Virus record (IMG/VR): IMGVR_UViG_3300050122_000263
Span: 518,008 to 582,007 of that record
DNA length: 64,000 bases
Strand: one strand, 5' to 3'
Below, one piece after another: positions 38,624 through 47,835 of this stretch (the first letter of the stretch is position 1; every line of letters starts with the position of its first letter). The notes beneath the pieces are model-generated. The model was not told the DNA's origin and ran no database searches. It saw nothing but the letters and a program-made list of their open reading frames with translations. A program made the translations under genes and the position numbers.

Positions 38624-40855
38624 CTAAACTGACTCAACCAAAAGCTCCTTGTCGAACTTGCCTAGCTGCAAGTTATTCAGCTTAATCCACTCAATGTCAG
38701 CGACATCTTCGATTGGCACCACCTCTCCACTTGGCAGCCGCTTACCAAGAGCATATGTTATGCCGTTATCTTGGGCTACAATGAAGCCGTGACTTGTCTC
38801 CTCAAATAGCCGTTTAGCTGTATTGAACTTCTTGACGTGTAAGCGAGTGGGTTCTAGGGTGGGTGCTCCAGGCACGAAAGTTCCAGCCGTCGGAGCTGCA
38901 CCACCCTTGTTCTGGGGTGCAATTTCCATGCCCTTTGCATAAGCGAAGGCCAAGTCCTCGGCTTCAAGTGGCACCAACTTACCGTTCTTCCACTTGCCCT
39001 TGACTCGCAGCTGGCCAGCCTTGTCATGCTCAACTACCAGTTGTTGTTGCTCTGTGATGAACAGATCGTCATAGGGCTCGTGATCGCGTATAACCAGGTC
39101 ACGAGCTGGATGCTCGAGTGCCCCATAACTAGGCAGAACTGGCGGCAGATAACGTAATCCATGTATGCGACTCCGTGCCATGTCCTCTGGACGCAGAGAC
39201 AGGATGTCGCCATCTTCTCCCTTATAGCCAATGACTCGCCAGCCAAATCGGCTAACATGGAGAATCAGACCATCTCCCTCTATCTCATAGAGCTGAAGCT
39301 CCAGATTGAAGGGTCGAAGCAATATGTTGTGAATCTCGGTGCCATGAGCACCCAAGGGCACAGTATCGATATCGCGTAGATTACCTTCCTTGATGGTGTT
39401 CAGACAAGAGTGGCAGATATAACAGTCACCCTCGCCCATCAAGCCGATGTAGAAGGCCGGATTGCCACAGTGCTCCTTACCCCTCATGTTTCCGGGGTAA
39501 GTGCAAAGTCGCATCTTGTTGACCTCCCAGCCCACTTTGGCAGCCTCGTTATGTTGCACCACTTTCTTATGCAGTACACAATGATCTAGGCCAGGCATCA
39601 CAGGTTTCTCACAAGGTTGTCCCTTCTTCGATCCTCGCACGATCACGTAAATACAGCCCGTGTTGATGGGGACAGCTCTCTTCAAGCCATTGTGCACAAC
39701 ACAGAAGAGTCTATTGCCTGATGCAAGAGGTTTGGCACAATATTGTCCCTTTCCAACACCTCGCTGGAACATATGCTGACACAAGTTCTTGGGTGGCTCT
39801 GGAACCTCATCTTCCACTTCTACCTCAACTTCCTCCTCGAAGTCTTGCTCTCCCGGTTGAGTTTGCTCAGACGGTGATGGGATGAAACTGGGTGCAAAAC
39901 CACCCATGACAGATGGAAGTGCTGGAACGAAAGAAGGAGTAAAAGCTGGGGTAGCAACAGGGTCAGGTCTAGAAGACGTCTGATTGCTCAGGATAGGCAT
40001 TTGCATGGTGAATCTCGGTTGATCAACAGTAACAGGCTTCTTGACCGGCCTGACCGGTTGCTTGAGCTTGCCTCCGTATACAGTCACATGATGTTTGCCA
40101 CAGTAGCCTAGCCCGTCGGTACGTAGTCTCTCGCAGCGAAGTCCCATACAGGGGCCCTTTGGATATTTGAAGGTACAACGCAATTCTACCGGCACAGGCT
40201 CCGGTAGCGGCTCAGTCAAGAAAGCAGGTAGAACAACGCCGGGTATCTCTGGCATAGATATGTATCTAGCTACGATTGATCTGGCAAACATCACAGCATG
40301 CTGCTCGCGCCAGATCTTGCGATGCTCCACGCAATGTAACGACCCATCTACACGGGGCTCTTTGCAGATTCGACTTCTGGACTCCTTCGGAAAATCATAG
40401 GTGCAGCTCTCCGGGGTATGAGCATCACATCGAACCCTTCCTTGCAATCCTTCCTCACCTGACCAAGTGACTTCACAGAGTCCCTCGGGAGTGCGCGTGC
40501 AGCAACGAGTAGGACACGAGTATTGACGCAGCGGTACGTTGCTCTCAGCTAACAGCTTAGTCACGTACTCGACCCTTTGATCGCGAACCTGCTTCTTGTG
40601 GGGTTTGCAATAGTCTGACTCGAATGCACAGGGCTTATTGCAGGGAAGTTCATTGTCACTGTCGGTGAAGCTGCATCCGATTGGCTCAGTCTCAACCGGG
40701 GCGATGTCAGATACGATCTGGGTGAAAAGCTCTGCCGCATGTTCGGTGCAGGCAAAGTGCTTGCTGCCCTCGATTTGAGAACAACGGTTGTTGCATTGGC
40801 GCCCGGTTGAGAAGCCGCGTTGAAAGATGTACTCACAGAATCCGCTCGTGTTCAT
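38624..40855 (-). CDS. Multi C-C-C-H zinc-finger repeat protein, paralog 1
   Basis: About 7 C.(Y/F)....G...G..C......C..H units; triple C-terminal repeat. Confidence 0.75.
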   Translation of the reverse strand: MNTSGFCEYIFQRGFSTGRQCNNRCSQIEGSKHFACTEHAAELFTQIVSDIAPVETEPIGCSFTDSDNELPCNKPCAFESDYCKPHKKQVRDQRVEYVTKLLAESNVPLRQYSCPTRCCTRTPEGLCEVTWSGEEGLQGRVRCDAHTPESCTYDFPKESRSRICKEPRVDGSLHCVEHRKIWREQHAVMFARSIVARYISMPEIPGVVLPAFLTEPLPEPVPVELRCTFKYPKGPCMGLRCERLRTDGLGYCGKHHVTVYGGKLKQPVRPVKKPVTVDQPRFTMQMPILSNQTSSRPDPVATPAFTPSFVPALPSVMGGFAPSFIPSPSEQTQPGEQDFEEEVEVEVEDEVPEPPKNLCQHMFQRGVGKGQYCAKPLASGNRLFCVVHNGLKRAVPINTGCIYVIVRGSKKGQPCEKPVMPGLDHCVLHKKVVQHNEAAKVGWEVNKMRLCTYPGNMRGKEHCGNPAFYIGLMGEGDCYICHSCLNTIKEGNLRDIDTVPLGAHGTEIHNILLRPFNLELQLYEIEGDGLILHVSRFGWRVIGYKGEDGDILSLRPEDMARSRIHGLRYLPPVLPSYGALEHPARDLVIRDHEPYDDLFITEQQQLVVEHDKAGQLRVKGKWKNGKLVPLEAEDLAFAYAKGMEIAPQNKGGAAPTAGTFVPGAPTLEPTRLHVKKFNTAKRLFEETSHGFIVAQDNGITYALGKRLPSGEVVPIEDVADIEWIKLNNLQLGKFDKELLVESV

Positions 40856-41239
40856 TGTTTTGTCTTGATTTGATACATGTTTTCAGGATTGTTGGGATTT
40901 CAAATCGCGTCCACAGCTCTTAATTTTCTCTGTTTAAATCGCTACACGTAGTGATGAGATTTGCAGCGAGTGTCTCTAATAATCTATCAACTCTGTTGGA
41001 CAGAGTATGAGATGAGAACCTATGTTATGACATATCTCCCAGATGCTTCCTAAGAATCTCTTGTTAAATAAGTCCTATAGTAGGGAACACAGTCAAAGAT
41101 AGAGTTATTATATCCCTGATGCCTAGAATAATAAAGTAACTAAAACCAAACATCTAAATCTTAGCATTAGATCCTCAAGACTCTGTCGCATGATGAAATA
41201 AGCTTCATCACAAAGCAGCATATCTATAAGGCTCAAGTC

Positions 41240-41263
41240 AAAATACCTTGTGTAAGGTATTTT
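41240..41263 (-). terminator. 3'-end hairpin homologous to 38584, with compensatory changes
   Basis: aaaatacctt-gtgt-aaggtatttt. Confidence 0.75.
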
Positions 41264-41288
41264 TTTAATTAGTCACCACTGACTGCGG

Positions 41289-43817
41289 CTAGTCAAATCG
41301 CTTCTTGTCGAACTTGACCAATAATATGTTGTGCTGCTTAATCCACTTGATGTCCTCAGAATCCTCAATTGGCACCACAACATTGGACAGCTTCTTGCCA
41401 ACTGCAAGTGTTGAGTTAGCTCCCTGAGTCACAATGATATCGCGCTCAGTGGTTAAGAACAGTCCTCTCGCCACGTCGAACTTCGTGACTTGCAAGCTTC
41501 TTACGTGGGGCTCATCGCATCTGGATATCTGAGGAGTGGGGCCAGGAACGAAGGGTATCTGAGATACAGGTGGAATTAAGGCTGGCATTGAAGGTGATGT
41601 GGATCTGATCTGAGGAATGAATGTTAGTAGGCCAGGTACAGGCCTGACATGAGCTGCGATCTCCAGTCCATTCTTATAGGCGAAGGCCAAATCGTCCTTG
41701 TCTAAGGGTTCAACATCCACGTCTACCAGCTTGCCTATCACACGTGGCTGATTGGGCTTGCTGTGTTCAACCAGTAGGTTGTGTTCCTCAGTCAGGAATA
41801 GACTATCTACGGGCTCGTATAATTGCACATCAACTGAGCCGGCTGGATGATCAACAGCGCCGTAACTGGGCTCAATCGGACGCAGAAAAGATAAGAATAG
41901 CTCACTGGCTTGCACGACATCCTCCTCACGCAGAGGCAGGATGGCATCTGTTTCTCCCTTACGTCCAATGACCTTGGGTCTATCATGGTTCATATGGACA
42001 ATCAGGTTGCCTGGCATCACAGTGAAGAGTTGAAAGGTTAAGTTGAAGGGGAAGAATGTCATGCCCTGTGCTGGCTCAGCCCGAACACCCAGGGGAACAG
42101 TATCGATACGTTGTGGATAATTTGCAGTGATATGATCCAAACAATACTGGCACATGTAAAAGTCGCCCTCATTCACCATGACTAAGTGAAAAGCTGGCTG
42201 GCCACACCGGGACTTACCGTCCTTGTTGCGAATATAAGTGCACAGCTTCATCTTGTTGAGCTCCCAGCCCACTGTAGGGCTGGAGGTGGGAAGAGAACTG
42301 GATGATGGTTGTGGCTTAGAAAGGATGCTTGAGGGGCTGAAAACTGGTTGCATGACTGGCGGTGGTGGCATAGTCATATTGGTGCTGATAAATCGCATGC
42401 GCTTCTCATGAATCTTACACAACCTTGCGTTGCGCAAAGAAGGCTTGTGGCAATATTCACCCTTCTTCATGCCTCGCGTGAATATGTGCTGGCATTTGTC
42501 TGTCGGACCCTGTGGAGTGTGTATCTTTGGAATAGATGTACTTGGGACAGGCACATTAGGAACAAATATGGTTGGCATTGACACATTTGGAACCGACATT
42601 CTTGGAATGGTCTTGCTAGCCTTCTCATCTTGCAGATCCTGTTTCACCGCTGCTTCTTGAGCTTGCTTGATTTCCTCATGAGGCTTGCACAGCTTGCTGT
42701 TGGCAGTGTGCGGTCTAGCACAGTACATACCTCTATAGGGTCCCTTCTGGAGAAGGTAACTGCAGCAATCCTTCAAAGGCTCTGCGACAGGGGCGGGGCG
42801 TTCTGCCGTCCATCCTCCTTTAGGAGCGGGTATTGGATGTACGAACTTAAGGCCTCCACCAGTACTTGGAATGGGTACGGTTGGTATGCCGAGTACTGGC
42901 GTAGATGCCGGTAGAGAAACAGGGGCGGGCTTGGGGATAGAATCCAAAATCTTGCAAGAGATTTGCTTCCCCTGCCGTTTGACATTCTTCATCTGATGCT
43001 TGGGACAATAGTCGATTCCAAGCATAGGGTTTTCATTGCAAGGAAATCCCATACGAGGTCCCTTCTCAAGCTTGAAGATACAACCCTTTGACTGATGAAC
43101 ATCACAGAAGATCCCACCTGCCACCGCATGGGCTTCGCAATATAGCCATTCACCCTCAAAATAACCGAGAGTAAAAGGACAGACTGCCGGTACTGCACTG
43201 ACCTTGGTGTCTGAGGCACCGGGTTGAACAGTCTCCGGCACAGGTGGTGCCTTCTGGCCCTCAATGGCAGTGACGAGTGCCATCTCTCTTTTCAACATCT
43301 GTCTTCCCAGCTCTGCGGCCTGAGCCTTGATCATCTTCCTCTGATGTCCAATGCAGTAATCTCTGCCTGGGAAACGGTCAGCCTCACAAGGAAATCCACA
43401 ACGAGGACCCTTCTCAAGCTTGAAGATACAACCCTTCGGGGTGTGAGCATCGCACCAAACTCCAACTTTCGCCGCGGGAGCTTGGCAACGTAACCATCTG
43501 CCATGCCCATCATTTCCACCGAGGATAAAGGGACATCCTGATGTTTCAACGGGCTTGATGTCAGAAGCAACAGGAATAGCTGGTTGAGCTGGTTGCTTCC
43601 AATTGTCCGTAGGGAGAGCAGGCAGAGCAGGAATCGCCATGACCTCGGCAGGCTTGATTTCGGCGGCAGGAATTGGTACAGGAATATCGTTGAACAGAGT
43701 CTCAATATGTTGGTCACAGTAGAGGGCGTAAGTGCCCTCGATGGGCTCACAGGAGGTGTTGCATTTCTTGCCCGTAGAGGGGCCAGAAGTTAGGATGAAT
43801 TGGCAGGACTTTTGCAT
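41289..43817 (-). CDS. Multi C-C-C-H zinc-finger repeat protein, paralog 2
   Basis: Same architecture as 38624; duplicated GCIFKLEKGPR.GFPC unit; start MQKSC at 43817. Confidence 0.75.
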   Translation of the reverse strand: MQKSCQFILTSGPSTGKKCNTSCEPIEGTYALYCDQHIETLFNDIPVPIPAAEIKPAEVMAIPALPALPTDNWKQPAQPAIPVASDIKPVETSGCPFILGGNDGHGRWLRCQAPAAKVGVWCDAHTPKGCIFKLEKGPRCGFPCEADRFPGRDYCIGHQRKMIKAQAAELGRQMLKREMALVTAIEGQKAPPVPETVQPGASDTKVSAVPAVCPFTLGYFEGEWLYCEAHAVAGGIFCDVHQSKGCIFKLEKGPRMGFPCNENPMLGIDYCPKHQMKNVKRQGKQISCKILDSIPKPAPVSLPASTPVLGIPTVPIPSTGGGLKFVHPIPAPKGGWTAERPAPVAEPLKDCCSYLLQKGPYRGMYCARPHTANSKLCKPHEEIKQAQEAAVKQDLQDEKASKTIPRMSVPNVSMPTIFVPNVPVPSTSIPKIHTPQGPTDKCQHIFTRGMKKGEYCHKPSLRNARLCKIHEKRMRFISTNMTMPPPPVMQPVFSPSSILSKPQPSSSSLPTSSPTVGWELNKMKLCTYIRNKDGKSRCGQPAFHLVMVNEGDFYMCQYCLDHITANYPQRIDTVPLGVRAEPAQGMTFFPFNLTFQLFTVMPGNLIVHMNHDRPKVIGRKGETDAILPLREEDVVQASELFLSFLRPIEPSYGAVDHPAGSVDVQLYEPVDSLFLTEEHNLLVEHSKPNQPRVIGKLVDVDVEPLDKDDLAFAYKNGLEIAAHVRPVPGLLTFIPQIRSTSPSMPALIPPVSQIPFVPGPTPQISRCDEPHVRSLQVTKFDVARGLFLTTERDIIVTQGANSTLAVGKKLSNVVVPIEDSEDIKWIKQHNILLVKFDKKRFD

Positions 43818-43977
43818 GTTTGATTGTTCGTGTTGATTTGGAGACAAACAGCGAGATAATTGAAATTTCACATTCCCCTTGCATCTGTTAAATTCGCCCA
43901 CTTAGATCATAATACAATTGAGTGTGAAGTTGTTTTGTGACAATCTCATAAACTTGAGACCAGGATCACAAGACTAG

Positions 43978-44004
43978 AAAAACTTGTGCTATATACAAGT
44001 TTTT
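43978..44004 (-). terminator. 3'-end hairpin of the AsnRS gene
   Basis: aaaaacttgt-gctatat-acaagttttt. Confidence 0.7.
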
Positions 44005-44038
44005 TTGAGCGTCCCATACAGTACCCATAACCAGTGTG

Positions 44039-45610
44039 TTACGGTCTGGTGTAACCCTCAAAACGGGGAAAGGCCTTAATTTCTTTGACTGAGTAGGCTT
44101 GGGTAATAAAGGCAATCAGTCGCTCCACCCCCAGTCCGAAGCCGGCTGTATCTCCAGCACCGTACTCACGCAGGTCCATGTAGAAGCCATAGTCCCTATC
44201 AATGTCCGCGATGGAATGCATCTTAGCCACGAAGTCCAGGAAAAGTTGCTGTGTAGTACGGGGTGTATAAGCAGCCTTATAACCGTCCTTGAGGAAGGAT
44301 GCGAAATCTCCGGCATGGGCACAGAAGACGAAGAGCGCATCTCTGAGAAACTCGGTTTCCTCCTTCTCGATCAAGATCATAATGCGCTTCTTCAACTCAG
44401 AATCCAGTTGAAAGTCAGTGGGATGGGCCTTCTTGTCAATCACATCAAACAAGAGCTCCGCTGCGTCTCTGAGGATTTGACCCTCTAGTGCGCGGCGTAG
44501 TTCAACTGGATCAGAGACACGAGGACCTGAGCCCACGACCTCTCCAACTTTTGGCAATTCCACGTCAACTCCCAGCACACGAGAACGGTCTTCTGGGTCA
44601 CGGCGCATGTAGAAAGATTTGAACTCAAATGGGAACTTGCAGAGAAAGACGATTTGATCGAGCTTGTCGATGAGCTGACGTTCCTGGGCTTCTGGAATAT
44701 CATCACGTTCTCCGAAGGGCGTTCCATCTGTCTTGCTGATACCCATCTCTCCCAACTTAACAACAGCTTCCTTATGGGGCAGGATGAGAATACCTTTGCG
44801 ACGCAGCGCCGCGATATGATCCACTTTCTGGATATCAGCACAGGTCTCGATGATGCGATCAAACAGAATCTCCACGAACTGAGTCAGAAAGGTGATGTAT
44901 GATTCGAAGGTGGGGAAGCCAGGTCCCTCAAACTCTGCGTGATCAAAGGAGCTTAAATGGCGGCGTGTTTTGGAACGCTCAGCCCTGAAAGAGGGGGCAA
45001 TACAATAGCAACGCCCCACCGCCGGCACGGCAGCTTCCAGGTAGAACTGTGAGCTCTGAGTCAGATAGACTTGATCGCCCATATGATCAAAGGAGAAGAC
45101 AGAGGAGCCTCCTTCGCAAAGGGTCGAGCCATAGAGAGGAGGTGAGATCTCAGTGCAACCCAGCTTCTCAAAGGTAAAGCGCAGGGCTGAGAGAACACGA
45201 GCATAAAGCACGATGTGTCGTCTAGGCTCCTTGTGTCTGATCCAGAGAGCTCGCTCCTTCAGTTGAATGTCAATGCCCGATTCCTTTGAGACTCGGCTCC
45301 TGAAGTCATGGCGTGCAAGATTACAAGTCTTAATTTCTAAGCACTCCAGCTCGAAGCCTGTGGCTGTGGTGTGTGATGCTTCAACTCGTTTGACTCGGGC
45401 GCTCATAGCCAGATAGGTTTCAGGTGTGATGTCACCGTGTTCACTTGCGATCTTCACGTCGATGACCACCTGGATCTGATCCTGTGGCAGTGGCCCATCA
45501 CGTAGTGTGACGAAGATGAAGCGCTTCTTGTGGACAAGTCTGGTCGTCCATCCCTGAACGAAAATTGTAGTGTCAAGTTTGGTCTCGTCGATATCCTTCA
45601 ATGCGAGCAT
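44039..45610 (-). CDS. asnS: Asparaginyl-tRNA synthetase (class IIb, eukaryote-like)
   Basis: OB-fold with FVTLRDG; CEGGS; YLTQSSQFYLE; motif 2 SFRAERSKTRRHL; motif 3 GFGLGVER. Confidence 0.88.
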   Translation of the reverse strand: MLALKDIDETKLDTTIFVQGWTTRLVHKKRFIFVTLRDGPLPQDQIQVVIDVKIASEHGDITPETYLAMSARVKRVEASHTTATGFELECLEIKTCNLARHDFRSRVSKESGIDIQLKERALWIRHKEPRRHIVLYARVLSALRFTFEKLGCTEISPPLYGSTLCEGGSSVFSFDHMGDQVYLTQSSQFYLEAAVPAVGRCYCIAPSFRAERSKTRRHLSSFDHAEFEGPGFPTFESYITFLTQFVEILFDRIIETCADIQKVDHIAALRRKGILILPHKEAVVKLGEMGISKTDGTPFGERDDIPEAQERQLIDKLDQIVFLCKFPFEFKSFYMRRDPEDRSRVLGVDVELPKVGEVVGSGPRVSDPVELRRALEGQILRDAAELLFDVIDKKAHPTDFQLDSELKKRIMILIEKEETEFLRDALFVFCAHAGDFASFLKDGYKAAYTPRTTQQLFLDFVAKMHSIADIDRDYGFYMDLREYGAGDTAGFGLGVERLIAFITQAYSVKEIKAFPRFEGYTRP

Positions 45611-45760
45611 GTTTGTTTCTGTGTTTATGATCGAAATTCAGCTCCCAGTTAAATCATTTCCTCCACACTAGCATGGGCCTTTTTGCATAAGTACGAGCAA
45701 AACTGAAGCGCAAGTTTGATTAACAGATTTCTGTTCTTGTAACAAGACAAAGTTAGCTCA

Positions 45761-46591
45761 ATGTTAGAAGTACAGCAAGACCAAATCATCTCTGTATCTG
45801 TAGGCAAATATGACTGGAAGAATAAAATCTCAGCTTATATGCCAGGTTACACAAACATTCTCATTCACCCTGGCCAACCATATGCGGCACTCAGTCCCTA
45901 CGATCTCCGCAATGAGAAGGGTGAACTGCTGGAAAATTTGTGGCAGTTCGCGAAGTTATACTCCAGCGTGCCTGCTCAAGATCAGTGGAGCTACATAGCT
46001 GGATACAACGGAAAAGTTCAGATCTGGTCGCACCCGGCTGAAGTTCATATAAGCCGGGAGGAAGGCATAACACAGGCTTACTGGCAGTGGCGGGCCAAAG
46101 GCTTTGCCAACAAGTATGCAGTGCGCTGGCCAGTTGGGCAACAGCAGAGTCGCAATTGTTTAGGCAGTATCTGGCCAATAGTTGTAGATGACACCCTAAA
46201 AGATGATGGCCAACCAGCGCTGAAACGGCTAGATTATATTGCGGCTCGCAAGGCTATCTACTTCAAGTTGTATCGAGATATGCTAGATCCAGCCAAAAGT
46301 CCTCATAACCAGCTTGCCATCCAGCAAATGCAAGAACTGGCTGCTCGGGTAAGAGCAGGTGAGAAGTTACAGATTGTGGAAGTGGATGGTCCCAGTGCTG
46401 GGGAAACAGCACCCTATAATAAGGTGCTGGCGGGTAGGATCGGAGATGCTGGAGTGGCCAGTATGCCAGCTACACTGGAGAATCTCAGAGCGGCTCTCAA
46501 CAACCCGGACAAGCCTTTTGGTCACGGCTTTTCCATAGCCTGGTTACTACAAGAGATGCTTGGAGTGATCCCTACTGATACGTTAGAATAA
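45761..46591 (+). CDS. NADAR-like protein (candidate ADP-ribose/N-glycoside hydrolase)
   Basis: YAALSPY...ENLWQFAK matches the NADAR E-x3-Q-x2-K pattern; IVEVDGP; FGHG. Confidence 0.5.
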   Translation: MLEVQQDQIISVSVGKYDWKNKISAYMPGYTNILIHPGQPYAALSPYDLRNEKGELLENLWQFAKLYSSVPAQDQWSYIAGYNGKVQIWSHPAEVHISREEGITQAYWQWRAKGFANKYAVRWPVGQQQSRNCLGSIWPIVVDDTLKDDGQPALKRLDYIAARKAIYFKLYRDMLDPAKSPHNQLAIQQMQELAARVRAGEKLQIVEVDGPSAGETAPYNKVLAGRIGDAGVASMPATLENLRAALNNPDKPFGHGFSIAWLLQEMLGVIPTDTLE

Positions 46592-46604
46592 AGACCCACA
46601 CCTC

Positions 46605-46630
46605 AAAAAACATCTATATAGATGTTTTTT
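46605..46630. terminator. Perfect 26-bp palindrome between convergent genes
   Basis: aaaaaacatctat/atagatgtttttt. Confidence 0.75.
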
Positions 46631-46703
46631 CACAATGTTTCGATGGATAGCACTGACCAGATCCCCTCCCGTTGGATATCTTGGCACAATATCTTAGGAT
46701 AAC

Positions 46704-47546
46704 CTACTTAGTCTGCAACAACGTGCGGAGTTGCTCATAATTCATGCCAAGCTGGTAAGGATAGTAGTTAGCTCCAAGCATAACGCAAGCTTTCTCTTGA
46801 GTCAGTCTGAAAAGGACTTCCAGCACCAAGCGGGCAAAATCATCGATGTCTTGTTCCACTGTGCTTTCGGTTTGTCCTATAGGTACTCCCTCATGAAAGA
46901 CATCAAGCGGAATCACTGTGATTTTCTTACTCTTGCCTCTGGCACGGCCCTTCGGTACAGATACAGCAGTACAAGCATCGGCGAAATCGATGATATGAGC
47001 CGTTTCAGCTGCATCAATGATGATGTTCTCAAGACTGAGATCATTGTAGACCACACCACATTGATGCAGCTTCTCGATTTGATTCAAGATTTGCACCAGG
47101 ACAGGGCGGCTCCAGGCTCGGTCATGCTTAAGCTCTGCAGTTGCAATGTATTTACAGCCATCTGTAGCTGGGGAACTATTCTTGGCGTCTCTAGACTCCA
47201 GCCAGCGGTCCAAAGTCTGCCCCTCAATATACTGGAAAATATTCATCTCCAGCAGGTCTGGTATAAATGCCACCTCCTGATCTAGTTTGAGGGCCATAAT
47301 CATCTCTTCGTAGTTAGCAATTGTGGCTTTGACCTTATTCTCACCCACTAGGCTAAGCAATAGGCGTTCTGTATTGATATGTCCTGCAATCAGTGGGTAG
47401 AGTAGAGCATCAGCATTTCTCGACGCTACGGTCTCGATCTTAGCAACGGCTCTCACATCCTGGAAGACTCCTTCCAGGATAATGCGTCCGGTGTCGGACC
47501 AGGGGCACAAGAAGCGAACAAAGGTGAATTGCTGGATACCAGCCAT
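46704..47546 (-). CDS. Protein kinase-like protein
   Basis: AVAKI, FQYIEGQTL, LHQCGVVYNDLSLENII, IIDFA. Confidence 0.75.
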   Translation of the reverse strand: MAGIQQFTFVRFLCPWSDTGRIILEGVFQDVRAVAKIETVASRNADALLYPLIAGHINTERLLLSLVGENKVKATIANYEEMIMALKLDQEVAFIPDLLEMNIFQYIEGQTLDRWLESRDAKNSSPATDGCKYIATAELKHDRAWSRPVLVQILNQIEKLHQCGVVYNDLSLENIIIDAAETAHIIDFADACTAVSVPKGRARGKSKKITVIPLDVFHEGVPIGQTESTVEQDIDDFARLVLEVLFRLTQEKACVMLGANYYPYQLGMNYEQLRTLLQTK

Positions 47547-47835
47547 TTTTCCTTATTTTACCTTTCCTCTTTTCATTTAAATTAAATGAAATTATTTTTC
47601 CTGATATCAGCCCTACTATGGGGAAGCTCATTTAAATGAGATGGGTTGAGGGCTAACTGTGAGAACTGCGCTGTTAGGTCCCTAATGGCAGGGAACAGAG
47701 TAGCCGAGCCTTAATCCAGATGTTACGACTTGGGTTCCTATAGCTTAATGGGGATTTATCGTGAAATGATCGAGAGATGCTGACACAGTGTTCCAGCAAA
47801 TCGCTTGCATCAGAAGCTCTGTGAAATTTCCAATT

